DNA from: an archaeon
GTDB lineage: Archaea > Micrarchaeota > Micrarchaeia > Anstonellales > Anstonellaceae
DNA: 50,133 nucleotides
Assembly: GCA_020056305.1 (NCBI GenBank)
Contig: JAGVIA010000016.1
Span: 1-50,133 of the forward strand
Direction of reading: 5' to 3'
This document shows positions 28,411-35,273 of this stretch, piece after piece; within the stretch, counting starts at the first letter, position 1, and every line of letters begins with the position of its first letter. The translations under genes were made by a program, and so were the position numbers. The notes under the pieces are model-generated. The model saw only the letters and a program-made list of their open reading frames with translations, was not told the origin of the DNA and did not search any database.

Positions 28411-28824
28411 TCATGCAAATCCCAAATGCGATTTGTCCATCAATATTATAACCCGCACGCCTTGGTTTCGCAATATTGCCTTCAATTCCGTGTCAGTTGT
28501 GCAGACAACCGCATCCATTGCCTTTGCATTCTGCACAAACCAAACGTCTGCTGTTTTTTTCACTCCGCTTCCTTGCCCTTGTTTCTTTTTATCTTTTTCC
28601 GTCAAGATGGCTATTTTCTTTTTTTCAATGACGCCAAGCGCGCTCTTTGCGGCAATCGACCTTCTCGCATTCCCCCTTGCCATTGCCTCAAGCTCATTTA
28701 GCACCGCCTGCGGCACTGACGGCACAAATCCCTCATTCATCACGCGCGACAGCTCGGTAAAAATATCCACGCCCCGCTCAAAGGGCAGCAGGAGGAAGCT
28801 GGTGTCAAGGAGCACAAGTTTCAT
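28411..28824 (-). CDS. PIN-domain protein, Fcf1/Utp24-like (COG1412-type)
   Basis: The sequence runs MKLVLLDTSFLL ... VPQAVLNELE ... VVCTTDTELK ... The acidic PIN residues are in the expected order. The start is the internal ATG at 28824. Confidence 0.75.
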   Translation of the reverse strand: MKLVLLDTSFLLLPFERGVDIFTELSRVMNEGFVPSVPQAVLNELEAMARGNARRSIAAKSALGVIEKKKIAILTEKDKKKQGQGSGVKKTADVWFVQNAKAMDAVVCTTDTELKAILRNQGVRVIILMDKSHLGFA

Positions 28825-28888
28825 TGCCACATTCACAAATTCAATGCTTAAAAATTCGCACTCGCCACGTTTTTCCGCCACCACACAT

Positions 28889-28902
28889 TATATTTATAAA
28901 GT
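28889..28902 (+). promoter_or_regulatory. Candidate TATA box for the 28920 gene (leaderless geometry)
   Basis: The sequence ttatatttataaag is centred about 25 nt upstream of the ATG at 28920. Confidence 0.45.
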
Positions 28903-28919
28903 CTGAATGTTATAGCAAG

Positions 28920-30698
28920 ATGAGTGATATGGTGCCAAACGAAAACGCTAGCATTCCCTCTTCATTTACGCACGAAGTAAGGCAGCACATCGATTCCGCG
29001 ATAAACACAGAGAAGCGCAGCATCGAGGACCTGAAAGCCCGCATCAAGCAGCTAAGGGGATGCCAAAATCGCAAGGCAACAAAAAAAGAATCAGGCGATG
29101 CATCGAAGCAATTGGCTGCCAGCCATGCGCTAATCAAGCAGTGGAAGCATCTGGAAAAAAATCCCCTCAAATGCAAGCTGACTTTCCGCGACAGAAGCAT
29201 AGTCGGGCAGCTGGACCACGCAAACCTGCACCTTGCCAAGCAAAAAATGGGCAGAAAAGAGGCACGGAACCTCTCGGAACACCTCTGCCTCCGCATAAGC
29301 GAGCTTCCGCCCGCAGCAGCGCGGCTTGTAGAGCGGAACCTCTGGCTCACGCTTTACTCTGCAATCAAAGCAGACTGGGTGAGGGAAGACCCGCAGGGCC
29401 GCGAATTCTGGCTTCTTCGCGCCATAAGCAGGCTGGACCCGGCAAATTCGGCGATAACCGATCCGTTTGAGGCATTCCTGCGTGACGATTTTCTCGCAGT
29501 GCGCAAAGGCGGCGGCTTTGTGCATGAAGACGGCAGGATAAAAATATCGGACGCGCGCCGCGGCTTTAGCGCACGGATGATGGAGCGCTTTGTGAAATCT
29601 GGCATCTACGAGCCAACCGAAGACGACATCCACCACGTTTTCGTATCAAACCTCGACAGCGACAACCCGCAAGTGCGGATGGCATACCGTGGCATACTCG
29701 GGCACTGCGCAGTCAAATTTTCAGGCATTCTTCTTGACGAGCTACAAGGCATCAATTCCTCACGCCAGACAAGCGGCATAATGTCCGCATTTGCGTCATG
29801 CGGATGGGACGCGATACCGGACGGCAAGCGCGCAGATGCCGCGTTTGTTTTTGCAGAACTAGCAGCTAACCGCAACGTGTCTGTCTCTGCGCGTTTTGCA
29901 GAAATAGAAGCTAACCTCAACGTGCCTGTCTCTGCGCGTTTTGCAAAAATAGCAGACCGCAACGTGCCTGTCTCTGCGCGCATAGACGCAGCATTCATGC
30001 TCTCTACGCTTGACCCAAAAATGCTTGCCGCAAATGGAGAAGAAGCAAAGTCCGTAATGAGCCAGCTTGGCGAAACAGGCGCAGGCATAACTCCTGGCGG
30101 GAAGCTTGCAGAGCTTCGCGACATGTGCGCAAAGGCAGCAAGGAACCTCAACACGGACGGCGCGTTTGTGCTAAAGCACGCGCGCATATTCGACCTCAAA
30201 ACGCCCGGGCTGCAATTTATATTGCAGAACACGGACTGGCAGACATTTACTCCAGTGTCAATGGTTGAAATGCGCCTCTGGCTCTGCAATGCCCTTCTTG
30301 GTCCGAATCCGGGTGTTGTTGCAACTGCTGCAAAAATCCTTGAGGCAATAGGCCCAAACCGCACTTTTGGTGGAAAGGAAACGGGGCTTTGCATGGACGA
30401 TACAAGAATTGCCGTAACTGCGCTTGCATATCACGCGCAAGAATGGCGCTCGGACGGAAACGGCAAAGACGCAACGGAGCGCACAAGGGCAATCTCGGCG
30501 CTTGAATCGGCGCATAAAGCGCTTTCCAACCCCGAAGCCTACACTCCAGCGCATGCTGCAGTTACCTCTTCCCGCGCAATGGAGACGGCAATGCGCTTCC
30601 TTGGGCTGCGCGGCGTGAAGGAGATATTCGGGGCTGATGCTGCCGCGAAGATACAAACGAGGCATGCCAAGAAGCCTCTCCCGCAAAAAACGGGCTGA
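28920..30698 (+). CDS. Hypothetical protein with HEAT-like (D..N/P.VR/VS.R) segments and an internal tandem repeat
   Basis: 592 aa from the internal ATG, with a balanced composition. SDNPQVRMAYRGILG and three NVxVSAR(F/I) units suggest HEAT/PBS-type repeats. No family assignment is possible by eye. Confidence 0.6.
   Translation: MSDMVPNENASIPSSFTHEVRQHIDSAINTEKRSIEDLKARIKQLRGCQNRKATKKESGDASKQLAASHALIKQWKHLEKNPLKCKLTFRDRSIVGQLDHANLHLAKQKMGRKEARNLSEHLCLRISELPPAAARLVERNLWLTLYSAIKADWVREDPQGREFWLLRAISRLDPANSAITDPFEAFLRDDFLAVRKGGGFVHEDGRIKISDARRGFSARMMERFVKSGIYEPTEDDIHHVFVSNLDSDNPQVRMAYRGILGHCAVKFSGILLDELQGINSSRQTSGIMSAFASCGWDAIPDGKRADAAFVFAELAANRNVSVSARFAEIEANLNVPVSARFAKIADRNVPVSARIDAAFMLSTLDPKMLAANGEEAKSVMSQLGETGAGITPGGKLAELRDMCAKAARNLNTDGAFVLKHARIFDLKTPGLQFILQNTDWQTFTPVSMVEMRLWLCNALLGPNPGVVATAAKILEAIGPNRTFGGKETGLCMDDTRIAVTALAYHAQEWRSDGNGKDATERTRAISALESAHKALSNPEAYTPAHAAVTSSRAMETAMRFLGLRGVKEIFGADAAAKIQTRHAKKPLPQKTG
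29841..29975 (+). repeat. In-frame tandem repeat of three units (48, 45 and 42 nt)
   Basis: The units are gcgtttgtttttgcagaactagcagctaaccgcaacgtgtctgtctct, gcgcgttttgcagaaatagaagctaacctcaacgtgcctgtctct and gcgcgttttgcaaaaatagcagaccgcaacgtgcctgtctct. They encode (A)RFAEI(E)AN(R/L)NV(S/P)VS units. Confidence 0.85.
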
Positions 30699-30741
30699 AA
30701 TTTCCGTTAATTTTATTAATGCAGCCCCTCTGTTATAGGTC

Positions 30742-30996
30742 ATGAGGTTCATCAAAGCGTATCTGGGCGCAGTTTCCCCGCTTGACCTCGACGAGAAAGA
30801 GTACGCGGCACTCGAGCGCATTGCGGCAAAAGAGCCGGCATTGCGCGAGATTCCAGGGAACCTCTCCTTCCTCTACGACCTTGCGCTAAAGCATGAGGCG
30901 CTGGGCGCGGACAACGAGCACACGAGGGAGCTTCAAGCCCTCATAATCTCGACGGCGGGAAAGGCGATGGCTGCGGCGCGCAGGAAAAAGAAGTAG
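30742..30996 (+). CDS. Hypothetical small protein
   Basis: 84-aa ORF, helical-looking, with a basic tail (AARRKKK). I recognise no family. Confidence 0.4.
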   Translation: MRFIKAYLGAVSPLDLDEKEYAALERIAAKEPALREIPGNLSFLYDLALKHEALGADNEHTRELQALIISTAGKAMAAARRKKK

Positions 30997-31167
30997 GCGA
31001 CCAACAGAACGGGAAAACTGGAAAGTGAATGCATAGCGAAGCTGCCAAATGCAAAAAGAAAACCGCAAGCCAAAATGGAACGCGCGCATGCCCATCCCGG
31101 TGCGCATTTTTTGCCGCGCGCAAGCCCGATAACACCGTTTTTAATCCGTTTGCTTCCAAATACTTCC

Positions 31168-31773
31168 ATGAAACCAATCATAATTATTGCAGCCCTTTCG
31201 CTGCTTTTGCTTTTCGCAGGCTGCACCCAGACAAAAGTCCAGGTTGACGAATGGAAAGGCGATGACGGCCACTGGTACCGCGGGGCAAAGGATGCCACAG
31301 TCACGCTCCTTGAATTCTCTGACTTCCAGTGCCCGTTCTGCGGCAAGGCACAGCCGACAATTGACCGCATCCTTGCAACTTATGGCAACAAGATAAAATT
31401 CTCATTCCGCCACTTCCCACTTGAGCAGATACACCCATATGCGCTGCAGGCATCATATGCCGCAGAATGCGCAGGGGACGAGGACAAGTTCTGGGCAATG
31501 CACGACAAGCTATTCGCAAACCAAAATGCCCTGACACAAGCAAACCTGATCGCATATGGAAAAGAGCTTGGGCTTGATGAAGCGAAGTTTTCAGCATGCA
31601 TAAACTCTGATGAGAAGCAGGCACTAATTGACGCAGATATGACGGATGGCGAGGACGCCGGGATACAGGGCACGCCGACATTCATGGTGAACAACGTGAA
31701 AATTGTAGGCGCGGAAAGCTACGAGAAATTCTCATCGGTAATAGATGCAGAACTGAAAAGAACGGCAACATAA
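31168..31773 (+). CDS. DsbA-family thiol:disulfide oxidoreductase, secreted or lipoprotein-like
   Basis: The internal ATG gives MKPIIIIAALSLLLLFAGC (a lipobox-like signal). The thioredoxin-fold active site is FSDFQCPFCGK, and GTPTFMVNN lies near the C-terminus. Confidence 0.8.
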   Translation: MKPIIIIAALSLLLLFAGCTQTKVQVDEWKGDDGHWYRGAKDATVTLLEFSDFQCPFCGKAQPTIDRILATYGNKIKFSFRHFPLEQIHPYALQASYAAECAGDEDKFWAMHDKLFANQNALTQANLIAYGKELGLDEAKFSACINSDEKQALIDADMTDGEDAGIQGTPTFMVNNVKIVGAESYEKFSSVIDAELKRTAT

Positions 31774-31780
31774 AAATATT

Positions 31781-32314
31781 CTAAAGCGGAAACATGAACG
31801 CCTGTTTTGCCCCCTCGTTTTCCCCGCCTGGCATAAGCCCCTCCTTTAGCTCTGGGGCAAGGCTGATGAAATTCACCTTCCCGTACTTGCGGACTTCAAC
31901 GATGCCGCGCTTTTGCAGCCTCATCACAATCCTGTGCGCCTTCACCCTGCTAATGTTCTCAATCCTTGAAAGCTCTGCCTGCGCGACCTGCCCGTTGTTC
32001 TGCAGCATCTTGCGCACGACAACCTGCTCATCCTCGCCAAGGAATTTGAGCACTATCTGCACTGTCTTCTCAACATTGTGCTGCTTTACCTCAACCCGCT
32101 CTGCCATCAGGTAAAACACCAGCGCGCCTGTCACCACTCCTGCCAGTATTAGCGCTGCCGTGAACTCGAACTGGTGGCTGACAAAGGGCGCAAGCAGGGG
32201 CGAATACTGGCCGCTTGCAGAAGCCATATGGTATAGTGCAAGGTATGCCACCACCACAAAGAAGAATGCTGAGAGTATGCCAATCCCAAGCACGATGCGC
32301 CTGTTTACCGACAT
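31781..32314 (-). CDS. Membrane-anchored winged-helix transcription regulator (2 N-terminal TM segments plus a MarR-like wHTH)
   Basis: Two hydrophobic helices are followed by MLQNNGQVAQAELSRIENISRVKAHRIVMRLQKRGIVEVRKYGKVNF. A GGGGG SD-like run lies about 7 nt upstream of the ATG. Confidence 0.7.
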   Translation of the reverse strand: MSVNRRIVLGIGILSAFFFVVVAYLALYHMASASGQYSPLLAPFVSHQFEFTAALILAGVVTGALVFYLMAERVEVKQHNVEKTVQIVLKFLGEDEQVVVRKMLQNNGQVAQAELSRIENISRVKAHRIVMRLQKRGIVEVRKYGKVNFISLAPELKEGLMPGGENEGAKQAFMFPL

Positions 32315-32356
32315 GAAAAAGCCCCCAAACGATTCGGGTGAGAATGTTTCACTTAC

Positions 32357-32367
32357 TTATATATATT
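32357..32367. promoter_or_regulatory. A/T-rich TATA-like element (ttatatatatt), possibly bidirectional
   Basis: It lies about 45 nt upstream of the minus-strand ATG at 32314. It also lies about 26 nt upstream of the plus-strand stem that starts at 32391. Confidence 0.35.
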
Positions 32368-32390
32368 GTTTCAGTTGAGTGAAATGCAAC

Positions 32391-32442
32391 GGAGAGGGCG
32401 CTTGCTCTAAAATGGTGCCTCCGTATCGGGCTCGCCCTCTCC
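32391..32442 (+). other. Perfect 10-bp stem enclosing a 32-nt loop; candidate 5' end of a small structured RNA
   Basis: ggagagggcg (32391-32400) is the exact reverse complement of cgccctctcc (32433-32442). The structure is intergenic and lies downstream of a TATA-like element. Confidence 0.3.
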
Positions 32443-32451
32443 ACCACCCAC

Positions 32452-32495
32452 TCCCATAAGGGCACTGTGTCTAACATGCCCCCTTGAGGGGTTCA
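32452..32495. repeat. Copy A of a roughly 45-nt motif shared with 49093-49137
   Basis: Copy A reads tcccataagggcac-(13 nt)-cccccttgaggggttca. Copy B reads tcccataagggcac-(14 nt)-cccccctgaggggttca. The orientation is the same in both. Confidence 0.7.
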
Positions 32496-32549
32496 ACCCC
32501 CGCGGGAACACAATTCTGCTTTTCCTTGCCACGCCCCCTTTCTAAAAAA

Positions 32550-32604
32550 TTTGCAGCGGCGAACCGCTGCAAAAATTTGGAAAACGCCGCGTGCGTTTTC
32601 CAAA
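32550..32604. repeat. Two adjacent perfect hairpins (10-bp stem with a cgaa loop; 12-bp stem with a 5-nt loop)
   Basis: The first is tttgcagcgg-cgaa-ccgctgcaaa (32550-32573). The second is tttggaaaacgc-cgcgt-gcgttttccaaa (32576-32604). Confidence 0.8.
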
Positions 32605-32636
32605 CGATTTTAATCCTGCTTTCCCATCTTCCACGC

Positions 32637-32807
32637 ATGCCAATATCACGGCGCGGAAAAAGGGTCGTTTACGTGACCCCCTACTTCGTTTCCGCAAAGG
32701 CAATGGCTGAAAAGTACAAGCACAAGGGGTTCACAACAGAGATAAAGCGCGAATACAGCGACTCTGCGGCTCAAATAATGTACGTCGTTTACGCTTTCAA
32801 TGCATAA
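32637..32807 (+). CDS. Hypothetical small protein (56 aa)
   Basis: The internal ATG has a TATA-like gattttaatcc about 25 nt upstream. The N-terminal part of the track ORF, from 32484, runs through the repeat and hairpin region and is unlikely to be coding. Confidence 0.4.
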   Translation: MPISRRGKRVVYVTPYFVSAKAMAEKYKHKGFTTEIKREYSDSAAQIMYVVYAFNA

Positions 32808-32821
32808 GGCAGGTGCCATTC

Positions 32822-33079
32822 ATGCTGGACCGGAACGCAATTCTCAAATCAGGCTTTGCAAAAATAGTTGTAACGCGCTCTGGAGTGCGGTCGCAGCTTA
32901 CTTTTACCATAATGCACGAGCAGTCGCAGATAGGGTCAATCCCGTACCTCTGCACGCAAAAGGATGTTGATTTGCAGGAGCTTGTGCGAATCGCGGCAGA
33001 GGCGAACCTCCCGGTGCGCTCAAAATCCCACTCTGTTTTCCCCGAAAAGAAGTCCGCGCACGATTTCGCCGGCTTGTGA
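32822..33079 (+). CDS. Hypothetical small protein (85 aa)
   Basis: An ATG is preceded by aggcaggtg, an SD-like run about 7 nt upstream. It starts 15 nt after the previous ORF, so an operon is likely. Confidence 0.4.
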   Translation: MLDRNAILKSGFAKIVVTRSGVRSQLTFTIMHEQSQIGSIPYLCTQKDVDLQELVRIAAEANLPVRSKSHSVFPEKKSAHDFAGL

Positions 33080-33117
33080 TGCGCCATCCCCGCAGAGGCG
33101 CGCACGGCTTTGCTGGC

Positions 33118-33702
33118 CTATGATTTCAAATTCCGAAAATCAACTTCTCTTGCAAAAAGAATGCCGCTCCAGTCAAAATGTTTTTTTGGCATCTTTTTCT
33201 TGCCTGCAAGCAGTTCAATTATTTCCTTTGCAGATTCCGCCACTTTTTTCCCACTTGTGTCAATTTCGAATATTTTCCCTTTTGGATAATTTTTCTCAGA
33301 CGCAAGCACGCAGTAGTCCAACATTTCCGCAAGGACGTTCTTGCGTATTTTTTCCTGCGCATAGCCGCGCTTTTCCAGCCGGGCTTCAAGCTCTTTTGGA
33401 TGCGTGCGCAGCACCACAACTGCGCTTGCAGGCAATTTTATTTCGCAGCACAGGTGCCCCTCGACAACGCAGTTTCCCTTGCTCTTTTTTATTTCGGAGG
33501 TGATTTTTTTTGCAAGCTCATCCATCCGCACCACATGCGCCTCATCTTGCGCATCATAACTGGAAAACAATCCGTATTTTTTTGCAATCCCATTTGCGGC
33601 AATGAGCTTCCATCCCCTCTGCTTTGCGATTATTTTTGCAATTTCCGTTTTCCCGGTGCCGGGAACTCCGGTGAGAATGATAATTTTCTTGGAAGAAGCC
33701 AC
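33118..33702 (-). CDS. AK6/Fap7-type adenylate kinase / nucleoside triphosphatase
   Basis: The P-loop is ILTGVPGTGKT. The size is about 194 aa and the organisation is typical of archaeal Fap7. The GTG start at 33702 lies 5 nt after the upstream stop; the track start is 33783. Confidence 0.7.
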   Translation of the reverse strand: MASSKKIIILTGVPGTGKTEIAKIIAKQRGWKLIAANGIAKKYGLFSSYDAQDEAHVVRMDELAKKITSEIKKSKGNCVVEGHLCCEIKLPASAVVVLRTHPKELEARLEKRGYAQEKIRKNVLAEMLDYCVLASEKNYPKGKIFEIDTSGKKVAESAKEIIELLAGKKKMPKKHFDWSGILFAREVDFRNLKS

Positions 33703-33707
33703 TAAAA

Positions 33708-34025
33708 TCACAATCTTTTTGCAAACTGTAAAAGCATTTTCTTCCCTTCCCGTGCGCATTTCTTTCCCTTTGCCGTAAGGCAATAATACCTGCGCCTGCC
33801 CTCGAATTTCGCCTCAATCAACCCCTCGCCCTCAAGCTTGTAGAGCACAAGATACATCATTATCTTGCCTGGCCTAAAGCCAAACGCCTTCTCTATCTGG
33901 GCAGGCAGGGCATACGCATACGCTTTCTTTTTTTCAAGCAGGGAAAAAATCGATAGCCAGATGTTTCCGTATGTGAGCGAATGCTCGAGCCTCTCGATGG
34001 GCTTCCCTATTTGAGCGATGTGCAT
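33708..34025 (-). CDS. PadR-family winged-helix transcription regulator
   Basis: The sequence runs LSIFSLLEKKKAYAYALPAQIEKAFGFRPGKIMMYLVLYKLEGEGLIEAKFEGRRRYYCLTAKG. The start is the internal ATG at 34025. Confidence 0.7.
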   Translation of the reverse strand: MHIAQIGKPIERLEHSLTYGNIWLSIFSLLEKKKAYAYALPAQIEKAFGFRPGKIMMYLVLYKLEGEGLIEAKFEGRRRYYCLTAKGKKCAREGKKMLLQFAKRL

Positions 34026-34174
34026 TTTCCTGCCGGAAAATGCATCAGACGTTGCCTGCGAGGCAACGCTGACGCTCAAATGGGACGCATTTTTGCGCTG
34101 CAAAAATCGCGTTGGGGATGCCACGGATAAACTTTCCCAAAGCCGTTAATAAAACCGCCTCCATAACCAGATTC

Positions 34175-35248
34175 ATGCTCAAGCCCGATTCGAAATTCGC
34201 AAGCCCCAGAACAATCGTGCTAAATGTCACATTCTCCATCCTCGCCCTTGGCATCATCTTTTTTTTCGTGGACATCGATGCAACGGTTGCGCAGCTCTCA
34301 TCCGCCAACATTCCCCTTTTCATTGCGGCATTTGGCATCTATTTCCTCGTGAACGGCACCATGATTGTGAGGATAAAACTAATTCTCGCGCACATGGAAG
34401 AGCGCATGTCCTGGGCAAAGGTGCTCCTCTGCCACTACTCCGGCATGCTCGCATCCGATTTCACCCCTGCGCGAAGCGGCTATTTCGCAACGGCATTCGC
34501 GCTCTCCTCAAATGGCGTGCCCTTGCCAAAATCAATGACTGCGATACTTGGCCCGCAGCTCTTTGACTTTTTGCTAAAAGTCACTGCCGGCATCATTTCC
34601 ACCATATATATACTGAATTTCCTCGGAATCGGGCTTGAGGGGGCGGGGCTGCTTTCGCTTGCCGCAGGAGTCATCGCAATAATTGGGATGATCGCATTTG
34701 GGGCGCTTCTCCTTTTCTCGCCCGCATTCCTGCGCTTTTTGGAAAAAATCCTCCCGCGCCTTCCATTTGGCAATTTTGCGCTCACTTTCATAGAGGGCAT
34801 GCAGACGCAGTCAAAATCCATACTTGCGCTTCTGCCCCAGATATTCGCCATTATGGCAGTGAGCTGGGCGCTCAAGGGCTTTGAATGGTATCTCATTTCC
34901 GAGTCGCTTGGGATCAAGCTAAATTTCCCCTACCACCCACTTCTCTTTTTCATGTTCCTCCAGCCGTTCATCACCATCCTGCAATTCGTTCCGCTGCCCA
35001 CAGTCGCAGGCGCCGGCTTTTCCGAGGCAGGCGCGCTCGCCGTGCTCGGCCTCTTCGGAGTTGCCGCGCCCCAGGCAGCGGCATTCGCGCTTCTCTCCCG
35101 CTTCATCATGATAATGCAGGACATAATCGGCATGGTTGAGCTGCGGCGGCTGGATTTTTCCGCAATCTGCGGGCAAAGCCCGCAGAGCAGTCGAGCGAAG
35201 CTCGACTCAATAGCAAAAAACGCGAACCAGAACCAGCCAAAGCAATAA
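34175..35248 (+). CDS. UPF0104 / LPG-synthase-TM (flippase-like) membrane protein
   Basis: It is polytopic, and the N-terminal region fits the family pattern. The last roughly 28 codons are built from two palindromic hairpins (35166-35207). Confidence 0.55.
   Translation: MLKPDSKFASPRTIVLNVTFSILALGIIFFFVDIDATVAQLSSANIPLFIAAFGIYFLVNGTMIVRIKLILAHMEERMSWAKVLLCHYSGMLASDFTPARSGYFATAFALSSNGVPLPKSMTAILGPQLFDFLLKVTAGIISTIYILNFLGIGLEGAGLLSLAAGVIAIIGMIAFGALLLFSPAFLRFLEKILPRLPFGNFALTFIEGMQTQSKSILALLPQIFAIMAVSWALKGFEWYLISESLGIKLNFPYHPLLFFMFLQPFITILQFVPLPTVAGAGFSEAGALAVLGLFGVAAPQAAAFALLSRFIMIMQDIIGMVELRRLDFSAICGQSPQSSRAKLDSIAKNANQNQPKQ
35166..35207. repeat. Two adjacent perfect hairpins inside the 3' end of the ORF
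   Basis: The first is tctgcgggc-aaa-gcccgcaga (35166-35186). The second is agtcgagc-gaa-gctcgact (35189-35207), which is identical to 49173-49191. Confidence 0.85.
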
Positions 35249-35273
35249 AACAATCCTGCTGCAAAAAAAGCAC

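Noticed and set aside
29841-29975. The short direct repeats could be mistaken for a mini CRISPR array.
   Set aside because: The units are contiguous with no spacers and differ by whole codons. They lie in frame within a long ORF, and no cas genes are present.
29606-30394. A 262-aa minus-strand ORF lies opposite the 28920-30698 gene.
   Set aside because: The plus-strand product has a balanced composition, a TATA box at the right distance and an in-frame codon-length tandem repeat. The antisense product is Ser/Ala/Arg-rich with no start context.
32484-32500. The sequence gaggggttcaaccccc, and the similar gaggggttcatac at 49128, looked like a tRNA T-arm (GGTTCAA). This raised the idea of a tRNA or a tRNA-fragment att site.
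   Set aside because: No 5-bp T-stem can be formed around a 7-nt loop. No acceptor, D or anticodon arms could be drawn on either strand. I therefore report it only as a shared motif.
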